DNA from: Verrucomicrobiales bacterium
GTDB lineage: Bacteria; Verrucomicrobiota; Verrucomicrobiia; Limisphaerales; UBA1100
Assembly (NCBI GenBank): GCA_038139415.1
Contig: JAYOSV010000003.1
Span: 98,778-162,777, forward strand
Length of the DNA stretch: 64,000 nucleotides
Reading direction: 5' to 3'
Part shown: in pieces, positions 19,944 through 29,735 of the stretch
How positions within the stretch are numbered: the first letter of the stretch is position 1
Layout: each line of letters begins with the position of its first letter
Notes under the pieces: generated by a model
The model's input: the letters and a program-made list of their open reading frames with translations, nothing else
What the model was told of the DNA's origin: nothing
Database searches by the model: none
Made by a program: the position numbers and the translations under genes

Positions 19944-20729
19944 GTGTTTTTTGACGCGCACAACCACCTGCAAGCGTTGCGCTTTGGTGGACGGCAGGCC
20001 GAACTACTAGCCGAGTGTCCCGATGTGGCGCGCATGGTGGTCAACGGCTGTTGCGAAGAGGATTGGCCGGCCGTAGCCGCGTTGGCGGAGGCACATCGGC
20101 AAGTGCTCCCCAGCTTCGGCTATCATCCATGGTGCATCCACGAGCGCTCGGACGATTGGGAAGCAGAATTGAACCGAATGCTCGACGCTCATCCCGCTGC
20201 CGTCGGTGAGATTGGCCTCGACCGTTGGAAGGAAGGGCTCAATTACGAAGGACAGGAGGATGTGTTTGTCACCCAGCTCCGTATCGCTGCTGAGCGCAAT
20301 CTTCCCGCCAGCATCCATTGCCTTAAGGCATGGGGGCGAATACTAGAGCTTCTGCAGGAAGGCCCAATTCCTGAGCGCGGTTTTCTACTGCACAGCTACG
20401 GGGGCCCGACGGAAATGGTGCAGGCCTTCGCGCAACTAGGCGCGTACTTCAGCTTCCCGGGTTATTTTTTGCGCGCCGCCAAAGGGCGCCATCGCGAAGC
20501 GTTCAAGTCCGTGCCTGCAGATCGGTTGCTAATTGAAACCGATGCCCCGGATCAACGGCTGCCGGACGCACTGAATGCGTATCCGCTCACGGACTCCGCC
20601 GGCGAGCCCATGAATCATCCGGCCAATTTGCCGGTGGTTTATCAAGGTGTGGCAAAAATCTTGGAGACGCCGCTAGTCGCTTTTACGGAGCAGGTCGAAG
20701 ACAACTTCGAGCGTTTGTTCGGCAACTAA
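19944..20729 (+). CDS. TatD family hydrolase/DNase
   Basis: DAHNH; GYHPW; VGEIGLD; SIHC; LHSY; LIETDAPD. Confidence 0.92.
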   Translation: MFFDAHNHLQALRFGGRQAELLAECPDVARMVVNGCCEEDWPAVAALAEAHRQVLPSFGYHPWCIHERSDDWEAELNRMLDAHPAAVGEIGLDRWKEGLNYEGQEDVFVTQLRIAAERNLPASIHCLKAWGRILELLQEGPIPERGFLLHSYGGPTEMVQAFAQLGAYFSFPGYFLRAAKGRHREAFKSVPADRLLIETDAPDQRLPDALNAYPLTDSAGEPMNHPANLPVVYQGVAKILETPLVAFTEQVEDNFERLFGN

Positions 20730-20780
20730 TAATTTGCTCGTCAGCACGCGTGTTGAGCCCAACCATGGCAACTGCATTCA

Positions 20781-21464
20781 ATGAAGGTATTGGTTTTAAT
20801 TTTATTGGTTCTCCAGGGCGCCCTGTGGGGTGCGGATGAAAAAGGCTTCACCGCGATCTTCAATGGCAAAAACTTTGATGATTGGGATGGCAAACCCGAG
20901 GCATGGGAAGTACGGAATGGTGAGATTTGGTGTACGGGCAAATCTCAGGAAAAGAACTGGCTTATTTGGCGAAAAGACCAGCCGGCCAATTTCATTCTAC
21001 GGCTCGAATTCCGTTGGGACAAAGGTAACTCAGGAGTGCAGGTGCGTAGTGATGACTTGGGTAAGTGGCAGGTCTTTGGTTATCAGGCGGAAGTAGCTGA
21101 ACAGGTCAAGATGGGTCTATGGCATCATTCGCTACTAGCTAAGGAGCATCCCAAGAAAAAGGCCCGCCATTTAATGGCCACCGCCGGTCAGGTTGCCACC
21201 TTGGCTCCTGACGGCTCCAAGGCAGTAAAGCAAGGCTGGGATCCCAAGAAGGTTCAGTCGCACTTCAAAGAGCACGAATGGAATAGGATGGAAATCATCG
21301 CCAAAGGCCCGAAACTCATCCACAAGGTCAACGGTGTGATGTTCGCCACCGTGATTGATCATGACAAGGAAATGAGTCGTAAGAAGGGCTTCATCGCACT
21401 GCAGGATCACGGCAAGGGCTGCATCGTTGCATTTCGCAAAATTAGATTAATGAAATTGCCATGA
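20781..21464 (+). CDS. DUF1080 (3-keto-disaccharide hydrolase-like) protein
   Basis: Signal peptide; IFNGKNFDDW; GNSGVQVRS; GYQAE; EWN; GFIALQDHG; FRKIR. Confidence 0.9.
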   Translation: MKVLVLILLVLQGALWGADEKGFTAIFNGKNFDDWDGKPEAWEVRNGEIWCTGKSQEKNWLIWRKDQPANFILRLEFRWDKGNSGVQVRSDDLGKWQVFGYQAEVAEQVKMGLWHHSLLAKEHPKKKARHLMATAGQVATLAPDGSKAVKQGWDPKKVQSHFKEHEWNRMEIIAKGPKLIHKVNGVMFATVIDHDKEMSRKKGFIALQDHGKGCIVAFRKIRLMKLP

Positions 21465-21489
21465 TAAAATTGCATTCAGCTTTTTCACG

Positions 21490-22104
21490 TTGAGCATAGA
21501 GGTTTCAAAATACCTGACTTGTGCAGACCCAGTGCTGGGTCAGTTCATAAAGAAATTCGAACCGGTTACACTGGCCCCCAATAACCGCATCACCCTTTTT
21601 GAGGCACTGGTAAAGTCAGTTATTGGTCAGCAACTGAGTGGTAAGGCGGCTCATTCAATTTTCTCTAAATTAAAGGTTCAAGTAGGCGGCAAAAAACCTA
21701 TTAGCCCGGAAAAAATACTGAGCACGCCTTACGGAAAAATTCGAAGTGCTGGCGTTTCTGACTCAAAGGCCCGCACCATTATTACCTTGGCTGAAATGGT
21801 AAAGACTGGAGCTATCCCTTCGTCTCGAAAAATGAGAAGCATGAGCGACGAAGAGGTTGTCCAAGCACTCACAGCCGTTAAAGGTATTGGGCAATGGACA
21901 GCAGAGATGATTTTAATGTTCAAACTAGGTAGGCAGGATGTAATGCCTGCTACCGACTTGGGAGTTAGAAAAGGTTACTCCATCATTTTTAAAAGCAAGG
22001 AGCTCGCCACGCCCAAGGCTATTTTGGAACATAGCCAGAAATGGAGCCCCTACCGGTCATTCGCGGCCAAATACTTTTGGGCGGCAGCGGATGCAAAACT
22101 CTAG
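21490..22104 (+). CDS. DNA-3-methyladenine glycosylase II (AlkA/HhH-GPD family)
   Basis: SVIGQQLSGKAA; HhH LTAVKGIGQWTAEM; DLGVRKG; WSPYRS; TTG start. Confidence 0.9.
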   Translation: MSIEVSKYLTCADPVLGQFIKKFEPVTLAPNNRITLFEALVKSVIGQQLSGKAAHSIFSKLKVQVGGKKPISPEKILSTPYGKIRSAGVSDSKARTIITLAEMVKTGAIPSSRKMRSMSDEEVVQALTAVKGIGQWTAEMILMFKLGRQDVMPATDLGVRKGYSIIFKSKELATPKAILEHSQKWSPYRSFAAKYFWAAADAKL

Positions 22105-22141
22105 ATGTGTCTCAGGAATCGAACTGACAACACATTTTGAA

Positions 22142-22909
22142 TTAAGCTAATTCTCTTATCACATGTCCGGCTGCTGCTAAGCCGAATGCGGCGGTGACGT
22201 GGGTAACGGCGCCGAGTCCGGCTTCGCAGTTTAGTTTCAATGACTCACCGCTTTCAGATTTATTTTCGCAGACGGTGCCGTCGGGCTGGGGATATTGCAC
22301 AGGCTCGGCGGAGTAGACGCAGGGGAGGTGCCATTTCTTGGTTCCACGAGGGAAGTCGTGTTTCTGCCTCAATTGCTTGCGCACTTTGAAGAGAAGTTTG
22401 TCGTACTTGGCTCGAGTAAGATCGGTCACGCGCACCGCCGTGCCATCGCGTCGGCCACCGGCTGCACCGCAGGTGATGATTGGAATTTTTCGCATCCGGC
22501 ATTCATCAATCAGCAGGCATTTATTGGTGAGGCCGTCGATGGCATCAATGAGGTAATCAAAGCCGCCACTGAGAATGCTATCAGCAGTTTGTGATGTGAA
22601 AAATTCCGTGCGCGCGTGCACTGTGCAGTCGGGGTTGATGCGGTGGATGCGTAAGGCTAGTTCATTCACCTTTGCCTTGTTGATGCTGCCCTCAAGCGCA
22701 TGGATTTGCCGATTGGTATTGGTGATACACACCTCGTCGAGGTCCACGAGTGTCAGCTTGCCAATGCCCGATCGGGCCAGTGCCTCTGCACTCCACGAGC
22801 CGACGCCACCCACGCCGATGACCGCCACATGCGCAGCGCGCAGCTTGGCTAGGCCGTCTTTGCCGTAAAGGCGGGCGATGCCGCCAAAGCGTGCGTCTGC
22901 GGTGTCCAT
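22142..22909 (-). CDS. tcdA: tRNA threonylcarbamoyladenosine dehydratase (ThiF/MoeB family)
   Basis: RFGGIARLYG; GVGGVGSW; DLDEVCITNTNRQIHA; DAID; GAAGG; CVYSAE. Confidence 0.9.
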   Translation of the reverse strand: MDTADARFGGIARLYGKDGLAKLRAAHVAVIGVGGVGSWSAEALARSGIGKLTLVDLDEVCITNTNRQIHALEGSINKAKVNELALRIHRINPDCTVHARTEFFTSQTADSILSGGFDYLIDAIDGLTNKCLLIDECRMRKIPIITCGAAGGRRDGTAVRVTDLTRAKYDKLLFKVRKQLRQKHDFPRGTKKWHLPCVYSAEPVQYPQPDGTVCENKSESGESLKLNCEAGLGAVTHVTAAFGLAAAGHVIRELA

Positions 22910-24081
22910 CAACGCCCGAATTGTTTTTGCACTGCTTCCTGGAACGCCTTGCGCACGGGCGAGTTGTCGCCGTTACGGAAGCCGGCACGCTGGATCATCA
23001 GCACCACGATGCGGCCGGTCTTGGGATCGGCCCAGCTCTGGGTGGCGTACGCGCCACCATGCCCGTAGGTGCCGGCCGAGAGCGAGGCAGTGACTTCCAT
23101 GGGAGTCTTTACTACCTGAAAGCCCAGCCCCCAGCTCATGCCGTCGACAAAACCGGTTTTAATGTCGCCGGTCTGCGAGCGTGTCATCAGTGCTGCGGTT
23201 TTTTTCTGCAACACCTGTTTGCCCTTGTAGGTGCCGCCGTTGAGCATCATTTGATAAAACGCCACGACATCGCCCGCCGTGGAGTACAGGCCGCCGGCGG
23301 GGTAGGGCGTGCGCTTGCGGTTGGAGAGGCCGCCCTTGAGAAAGTACACGTCCACCGGCTGCAGTTTGCCGTTTGAATCCGGCCGGTAACTGGAGGCGAT
23401 GCGCTTGGCTTGCGCGGGAGAAGGCCAAAACGTCGTGTCCTTCATGCCGCACGGATCGAGCACACGCGCCTGCAGGTACTCGGCAAACGGCGTGTCGCTG
23501 ACGACCTCTACGATGCGGCCGAGCGTGTTAATGCCGGCGTTGCTGTAGCTCCAGCGACTGCCCGGTTCAAACTGCAGCGGCGTTTTGGAATAGCTCATCA
23601 CCAGCTCAGCCAAGGTGCTCTCCGGTCGGGGCGAATTCGTATTGGCCAAGCCCGAAGTGTGCGTGAGCAGATCGCGGATGGTGATCGCGCGCTCCGTTTT
23701 CTTGAGCGTGAGTTTACCCTTGGCGCGGGATTCAATCATCCATTGCCCGGCGAACTCCGGCAGATGTTTTTCCACCGGATCCTCAATCGACAACTTGCCC
23801 GCCTCCTGCAATTGAAGCACGCAAACGGCTGCCATTGGCTTGGTCATGCTGGCGATCCAAAATAGCGCATCCGGCGGCATCGTTGTTTTCTTTTCCAGAT
23901 TAGCAAAGCCGGTTGTCTCTAGGCTGAGGGTATCTGACTTAGTCGCTACGGCCGTCACGCTGCCGGCAATGACATTATTGGCTACAAAGCCATTCATCAC
24001 CACCCGCACCAGCGAATCTGGCGGCTGGGCGAGGGAAGTCCACGTGAGCGAAAGAAGCAGGTAAGGGATTAGTTTTTTCAT
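22909..24081 (-). CDS. Serine hydrolase (beta-lactamase class C-like family)
   Basis: SMTK (SxxK); LLTHTSG; YSN; GGLYST; YGHGG; signal peptide. Confidence 0.9.
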   Translation of the reverse strand: MKKLIPYLLLSLTWTSLAQPPDSLVRVVMNGFVANNVIAGSVTAVATKSDTLSLETTGFANLEKKTTMPPDALFWIASMTKPMAAVCVLQLQEAGKLSIEDPVEKHLPEFAGQWMIESRAKGKLTLKKTERAITIRDLLTHTSGLANTNSPRPESTLAELVMSYSKTPLQFEPGSRWSYSNAGINTLGRIVEVVSDTPFAEYLQARVLDPCGMKDTTFWPSPAQAKRIASSYRPDSNGKLQPVDVYFLKGGLSNRKRTPYPAGGLYSTAGDVVAFYQMMLNGGTYKGKQVLQKKTAALMTRSQTGDIKTGFVDGMSWGLGFQVVKTPMEVTASLSAGTYGHGGAYATQSWADPKTGRIVVLMIQRAGFRNGDNSPVRKAFQEAVQKQFGR

Positions 24082-24082
24082 A

Positions 24083-24862
24083 TTAGTTTGTCACTCTATG
24101 AGTCTTGTGCACGGCGGCTTGGGCAGTGCATTTGATCAAAATCTCGTCGATGCAGACGTGCGGCGGGCGCGTAGCCATCCAGATCATTGCCTCGGCGATG
24201 TCTTCCGCCACCAGTGGATCGAGGCCTTCGTACACTTTGTCGGATTTCGACTGGTCGCCCTTGAAACGGACCATGGAAAACTCTGTCTCCGCCAGGCCCG
24301 GGTCGAGCGTACCCACTCGAACGCCCGTGCCGTTGAGTTCCAGTCGCAGCGACTGGGTGATTTGTTTCTCGGCCGCCTTCACGCCGCAATACACTGAGCC
24401 GCCCTCGTAGGCCACACGGCCGGCGATCGATCCGATATTGATGATGGTGCTGCCGGCGTTCTCCATCATGAGAGGCAAACACGCACGTGTCACGCGCATC
24501 AGCCCGAGGAAATTGGACTGCACCATCGCCTCCCAATCGGCGTCCTTGCCTTCGGCCACCGTGTCGGTCCCGTGCGCGCCACCGGCGTTGTTCACCAGCA
24601 CATCAAGTTGCGGCGTGAGCTCCTTGAGCCAGGCAACACAGGCGTTTACGTTGGCTGTGCAGGCGACATCCAGTTCATGAAAATGCACCGAGGCCGCGCC
24701 GGCTTCTTGGCACTGGGCGGCTACTGCCTCCAAACGATCAACCCGGCGCGCGCCGATCACCAGATGTGCGCCTTCCCGCGCAAAATGCACCGCGCCCTCC
24801 GCGCCAAATCCCGCCGAAGCGCCCGTGATGAAAACCCACTTGTCCTTGAGAGAATTATTCAT
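24083..24862 (-). CDS. SDR family NAD(P)-dependent oxidoreductase (YdfG-like)
   Basis: TGASAGFG; NNAG; YCGVK (YxxxK); PGLAETEFS..RFKGD; start refined to MNNSLKDK. Confidence 0.9.
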   Translation of the reverse strand: MNNSLKDKWVFITGASAGFGAEGAVHFAREGAHLVIGARRVDRLEAVAAQCQEAGAASVHFHELDVACTANVNACVAWLKELTPQLDVLVNNAGGAHGTDTVAEGKDADWEAMVQSNFLGLMRVTRACLPLMMENAGSTIINIGSIAGRVAYEGGSVYCGVKAAEKQITQSLRLELNGTGVRVGTLDPGLAETEFSMVRFKGDQSKSDKVYEGLDPLVAEDIAEAMIWMATRPPHVCIDEILIKCTAQAAVHKTHRVTN

Positions 24863-24991
24863 GCTTGGGCTTGTTGTACCGTGACCCTCCAAAGTGTCAA
24901 AACTTCTTCCGAAGATAACTTTGAACAAGAATTTTTAAATCCTTACAATGCAAACCATTGCGATTCGCAGAAACCCAACTACACTACCGCC

Positions 24992-25738
24992 ATGCATCGA
25001 ATCGCCCTTTTCCTATCCGTGTTCATCTGTGTTTCCCTGCAGGCCGCCGACCGTCCCGTGGCTACGTACTCCATCGTTGCTTTCGATCCCGCCACCGGCG
25101 ACTTAGGCGTGGCGGTTCAGAGTAAATTTTTCGGAGTCGGCTCCGTAGTGCCTTGGGCGAAGGCCGGTGTGGGCGCGGTCGCCACCCAATCGTACGCCAA
25201 CACCACCTATGGCCCGGAAGGCCTGAAGCTGATGGCCGCCGGCAAAACGCCCGAGGCCGTCCTCAAACAACTCATTGCTGTCGATCCTGTCCGCGATCTG
25301 CGTCAGGTCGGTATGGTCAATGCTCAGGGCCGCGCCGCCAGTTTCACCGGCAAACGCTGCACTCCCTGGGCCGGTCACAAGACGGGCGATCACTATGCCG
25401 CGCAAGGCAACCTCCTCGCCGGTGAAGCGGTGGTGACCGACATGGCCACCGCGTTTGAAAAGGCTCGCAAACAACCGAACAGTCAACTCGCCGACTGGCT
25501 GATCGCTGCCGTCACGGCCGCCGAGGCTGCCGGGGGCGATAAACGAGGTCGACAATCCGCCGCACTGCTGGTTGTGCGCGACAAGGGTGGCTATGCCGGC
25601 CTCAATGATCGCTTCATTGATATTCGGGTGGATGATCACAAAACTCCCGTCAAGGAACTCGCCCGTCTCCTCGAGCTTCATAAAAAATTCTACCCGCACG
25701 CCCACCGCAACAAACCTGTGCGTCAACCGAATGATTGA
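24992..25738 (+). CDS. DUF1028 Ntn-hydrolase-like protein
   Basis: Signal peptide followed by TYSIVAFD..TGDLGVAVQS; GVGAVATQS; QGN; GGDKRGRQSAAL; DIRVDDH. Confidence 0.9.
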   Translation: MHRIALFLSVFICVSLQAADRPVATYSIVAFDPATGDLGVAVQSKFFGVGSVVPWAKAGVGAVATQSYANTTYGPEGLKLMAAGKTPEAVLKQLIAVDPVRDLRQVGMVNAQGRAASFTGKRCTPWAGHKTGDHYAAQGNLLAGEAVVTDMATAFEKARKQPNSQLADWLIAAVTAAEAAGGDKRGRQSAALLVVRDKGGYAGLNDRFIDIRVDDHKTPVKELARLLELHKKFYPHAHRNKPVRQPND

Positions 25739-25796
25739 TCTATGATCATGTCTCTCTTCTCAGAGAGTGTGTGGAAGAGGTAGGTTTTTATTGCCC

Positions 25797-27647
25797 TCAA
25801 CTCTCGAATCCCTGCTTCGGGTTTGTCTCCAAATAGGTGGTGATGGCTTGCGTGAATAATTCGCCGTACTCGTTGAGTTTCTTTTCGCCGACTCCGTGGA
25901 TGTGGCCGAATTCGGCGAGGGTGGAGGGGTATTCGCGGGCCATGTGGCGGAGGGCGACGTCGCCGAAAATGATGTAGGGCGGCACGCCGCGTTCGCTGGC
26001 CAGTTCGCGGCGCAAGGTGCGAAGCTGATCGAAGAGGGTCTGGTCGCAGGCCAGTTCGCCGGCGCGGGCTTTGCGCGGTCGCGGTCCTTTTTCGGACTTG
26101 GTGGGCGCGGGGCGGGTGAGTTCCAACGACGGGCGGTCGCGGTTGCGCAGCCATTCTAGGCCGGCGTCGGTGAGTTCGATCACGCTCATTTGCCCAGGGG
26201 TTTGGTGGGCTAATTCCAGTCGCACAAGTTCGCGGGCGATCACTTTCCATTCGTCGCGCCCGAACTCGGAGCCGATGTTGTATGTGCTGAGTTGTTCGTG
26301 GCCCCAGCGGCGGATCTTTTCGTTATCCGCGCCGCACAGGACATCGACGATGTGGTTGAGTCCCACGTTGAACCCGCCGTGTTCGCGCACGCGATAGATA
26401 CACGCGAGCAGTTTCTGGGTGGCCTCTGTGCCGTCGAAGGTTTCCTTGGGCTCGAGGCAATTGTCGCAGGCACCACAGTTTTCTTCTTCAAATGATTCAC
26501 TGAAATAATCGAGCAATAAGTGCCGACGACAGTGGCGACTCTCGGCGTAGTGCACCATTTGCTGGAGCAGCTGACGGGCGACGGCGCGTTCGTGTTCGTC
26601 GTCTTTTTCCTCGATGAACCCGGTTTGCTTGGTGACATCGGAGGCGTTGAAGAGCAGTACGCAATCGGCGCTGAGCCCGTCTCGTCCAGCCCGGCCGGTT
26701 TCCTGATAATAGCCCTCAAGATTTTTCGGGAGATCCTGGTGGATGACAAAGCGTACGTCCGGTTTGTCGATGCCCATGCCAAAGGCGATCGTGGCGCAGA
26801 TCACCTGTAAGTCGTCGCGGATGAATGCCTCCTGATTCCGGCTGCGTGCGGCGGCGTCCATGCCTGCATGATACGGCGCAGCCTCCACGCCGTTTTCCTT
26901 GAGCCGCGCGGCCAATCGCTCGGTGCCGTTGCGGCTGTTGCAATACACGATGCCGCTCTCGCCGTCGTGTTTGCCGATCACCTCCAACACCTGCCGCAAG
27001 GCACTGCGCCGCGGCGTGACGCGATACTGTAGGTTGGGCCGATTGAAACTGGCGATAAACCGCGCGGGCTCCTGCAGACGCAGTTGGCTGACGATATCCG
27101 CGCGCACGCGGTCGGTGGCCGTGGCAGTAAGCGCCATCATGGGGATCTGCCCAAACCGGTGCCGCAGATCGGCGAGCTGACGATATTCCGGCCGGAAATC
27201 GTGGCCCCATTCGCTGATGCAATGCGCCTCATCGATGGCGATGCATTGCGGCTTCCAACTCTCGAGCATCTCCTGCGTGCCGCTGAGCATCAATCGCTCC
27301 GGCGCGATGTAGAGTAGCTTGTATTCGCCACGATGTAGTCCGCCGATGCGTCGGCGCGATTCCTCCGCGTCCAGTGTAGAATTCAAAAACGTCGCCGGCG
27401 CACCCGCTGCTTGTAACGCATCCACCTGATCCTTCATCAGGGCGATCAACGGCGACACCACGATTGTGAGCCCGTCCCGCGCCAGTGCCGGCAGTTGATA
27501 GCAGAGTGATTTCCCGCCGCCTGTCGGCATCAACACCATCACATCTCGTCCTGCTAGTGCTGCATCAATGATCTCCTCCTGCAACGGTCGAAACGCATCG
27601 TAGCCGAAGGTGGATTTGAGCAGGCTTTTGAGATCAGGCGTGGGCAT
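25797..27647 (-). CDS. recQ: ATP-dependent DNA helicase RecQ
   Basis: MPTGGGKSLCYQLPA; DEAHCISEWGHDFRPEY; TATA; YYQETGRAGRDG; Zn-binding CRR..CGACDNC; RQC and HRDC domains. Confidence 0.97.
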   Translation of the reverse strand: MPTPDLKSLLKSTFGYDAFRPLQEEIIDAALAGRDVMVLMPTGGGKSLCYQLPALARDGLTIVVSPLIALMKDQVDALQAAGAPATFLNSTLDAEESRRRIGGLHRGEYKLLYIAPERLMLSGTQEMLESWKPQCIAIDEAHCISEWGHDFRPEYRQLADLRHRFGQIPMMALTATATDRVRADIVSQLRLQEPARFIASFNRPNLQYRVTPRRSALRQVLEVIGKHDGESGIVYCNSRNGTERLAARLKENGVEAAPYHAGMDAAARSRNQEAFIRDDLQVICATIAFGMGIDKPDVRFVIHQDLPKNLEGYYQETGRAGRDGLSADCVLLFNASDVTKQTGFIEEKDDEHERAVARQLLQQMVHYAESRHCRRHLLLDYFSESFEEENCGACDNCLEPKETFDGTEATQKLLACIYRVREHGGFNVGLNHIVDVLCGADNEKIRRWGHEQLSTYNIGSEFGRDEWKVIARELVRLELAHQTPGQMSVIELTDAGLEWLRNRDRPSLELTRPAPTKSEKGPRPRKARAGELACDQTLFDQLRTLRRELASERGVPPYIIFGDVALRHMAREYPSTLAEFGHIHGVGEKKLNEYGELFTQAITTYLETNPKQGFES

Positions 27648-27703
27648 ATTGGCGATACTCCAATTCCCAGTGGGAAGGAGAAGTCATGTGGGAGGAGTCT
27701 GCC

Positions 27704-27717
27704 TGTTCGCTCGAAGA
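27704..27717. promoter_or_regulatory. Putative Verrucomicrobia-type LexA box (TGTTC-N4-GAACA, one mismatch) in the recQ promoter
   Basis: TGTTC-GCTC-GAAGA; on the minus strand it lies between TTGTCA (27718-27723) and CAGACT (27696-27701), 16-nt spacer. Confidence 0.6.
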
Positions 27718-27812
27718 TGACAAGTTTCTCTGTGCTCACGGGCAATGCACTGGATTGGTTTAGACTTTTTTAGTGCCAATCGCGATTGCCTATGGCCCAA
27801 TCGGGGCTTTGT

Positions 27813-29045
27813 ATGAAACTCGTTTTTGCATTCTTCATGGCTGTAGCACTTGGGGCGCAGGCGGAAAACTGGCCGCAACTGCGCGGGCCGGCCGGGGCGG
27901 GCATTAGCTCGGAGAAAGGGTTGCCCATCAAATGGACGGCCAAGGATTATGCTTGGCAGATTAAGTTGCCGGGCGTGGGGCACTCCTCGCCAGTAGTTTG
28001 GGGCGACCGGGTGATTGTTACCTCGGCGGCGGAAAAGGGGGAGCGCCGGTTCATCGAATCTTATCAGGTGGCCACGGGCAAGCTGGTGTGGAGCGATGAG
28101 CTGGGGGGTGCCACGCATCCTAAACATGCGCTCAATAGCTACGCATCAGCCACGCCAGCAACCGACGGAAAACGGGTGTTTACCTCGTGGGGTGATCACG
28201 ATGAATTCTTCATGGCGGCCCATGATTTTAAAACGGGTAAGGAATTGTGGCGGCGTCAGCTGGGGGTATCGCTCAGTGATGATGGTCATGGCACGGCCGT
28301 GTCGCCGGTGTTGTTCGAGGATCTGGTGATTATTCTGAATGAACACGACACCAGCCCCGGCTACATTGCCGCGCTGGATCAGGCTACCGGCAAGGTGCTT
28401 TGGAAGATTGATCGGAAGATCAATAAGATGACGTACTCCACGCCGATTCTCGTGGAGCACGGCGGGCAAACGCAGTTGATCAATGCCTGTCTGGATGACG
28501 GTCTGATGGGGTTGGATCCGCGCAGCGGAAAAATCCTTTGGACCACGCCAAATACCTACACGCTGCGGACCGTGGCCATGCCGGTTTACTGGCAAGGCCA
28601 TGTATTCGGCAGTTGCGGCGGCGGCGGCAAAGGCAAGCTGATGACGGCTGTGAAACTTGGCGGCAAGGGTAAGGTTACCGAAACGCATGTGGCTTGGGAG
28701 CGGCGGCGGTCCTTACCCTACGTGCCCACGCCGATTGCTTACGGGGATCATCTCTACCTGTGGCTGGATAATGGCATCGTGGTGTGTGTGGATGCCAAGA
28801 CGGGTGCCGAGCAATGGAATGAGCGGGTGGGGCGCGGTGATTTTTCCAGCTCGCCGTTGTGTATTGACGGCAAAATTTATTGCAGCTCGCGCACGGGCGA
28901 ATTCACGGTGATCAAGGCCAGCCCGAAGTACGAACTGCTGGGCCGTAGTCAGCTCGGGGAATCCACCCACGCCACCCCGGCGGTCAGTAACGGCCGCCTG
29001 TTCCTGCGCGGGTTTCGGACATTGTATTGTCTGGATGCGAAGTAG
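27813..29045 (+). CDS. PQQ-binding-like beta-propeller repeat protein
   Basis: ENWPQLRGP; SSPVVWGD; repeated D..TGK.LW; ATPAVSNGRLFLR. Confidence 0.88.
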   Translation: MKLVFAFFMAVALGAQAENWPQLRGPAGAGISSEKGLPIKWTAKDYAWQIKLPGVGHSSPVVWGDRVIVTSAAEKGERRFIESYQVATGKLVWSDELGGATHPKHALNSYASATPATDGKRVFTSWGDHDEFFMAAHDFKTGKELWRRQLGVSLSDDGHGTAVSPVLFEDLVIILNEHDTSPGYIAALDQATGKVLWKIDRKINKMTYSTPILVEHGGQTQLINACLDDGLMGLDPRSGKILWTTPNTYTLRTVAMPVYWQGHVFGSCGGGGKGKLMTAVKLGGKGKVTETHVAWERRRSLPYVPTPIAYGDHLYLWLDNGIVVCVDAKTGAEQWNERVGRGDFSSSPLCIDGKIYCSSRTGEFTVIKASPKYELLGRSQLGESTHATPAVSNGRLFLRGFRTLYCLDAK

Positions 29046-29047
29046 GG

Positions 29048-29605
29048 TTACGGCATCACGATCAGGAATTGTACGGAATCGACGATGACGTATTTGCCTT
29101 CGGTGCCTTCGGTGCTGATGGTGACGGACCCTTCGCGGCCTTTCTTGAAATGAAACAGGCCGATGGAGCGAAAGAGCTTGGCGATGGGAGCCGGCTCGCC
29201 TTCGTTAATCTTCACCACGGTTTTGCCCTTGGAATGATGCACGGTGACGGGCACGCCGTTGGCGCGGCGGATGTTGGAGTTGTGCGACACGCGCACTTCG
29301 TACAGGCCGGTCCGCGGCAGGTCCGGCGTGAAGGTGGCGCTCTTTTGCCCCTTCTTTTCCTTCATGTCATGAATGTAGCTCACGCCGACGAAGGGCGGGG
29401 TGTGCACGCTGTGTTTCCATTCGCCGACGAGTTTGGCTTCCGTGTTGTCTACCACGGTGCCGGCCAGCTTGGATTTGTCCGGCACGATGAATTTGATGTT
29501 CTCCGGTTTATCAACTTGATCAGGCCGCGGTAGAAGAGGGTCTCGACTAGCGGCTTGTGCTAAATTCAAAGCATTTACCAGTGCTAGCAATATAATATAA
29601 ACCAT
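29048..29605 (-). CDS. Secreted golvesin/xanthan-lyase C-terminal-like beta-sandwich protein
   Basis: Signal peptide; VVDN...GEW; ATFTPDLP..GLYEVRV; NIRRANGVPVTV; VIVDSVQF. Confidence 0.65.
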   Translation of the reverse strand: MVYIILLALVNALNLAQAASRDPLLPRPDQVDKPENIKFIVPDKSKLAGTVVDNTEAKLVGEWKHSVHTPPFVGVSYIHDMKEKKGQKSATFTPDLPRTGLYEVRVSHNSNIRRANGVPVTVHHSKGKTVVKINEGEPAPIAKLFRSIGLFHFKKGREGSVTISTEGTEGKYVIVDSVQFLIVMP

Positions 29606-29735
29606 GTGGGTTTTAGCTTACGGGAAACATTGATGGAAACAAGGTAGTGCTGTTCTCAATTTTTTTGTCTTTGGTACCACCTAAAATCTACACCTCAGCG
29701 TTGCGTTAAGGCACCAGCCTTATTAGCCTTTGGGG

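Noticed and set aside
22909..24081. Beta-lactam resistance gene
   Set aside because: Generic SxxK serine hydrolase of a family widely expanded in environmental bacteria; the sequence alone does not indicate resistance.
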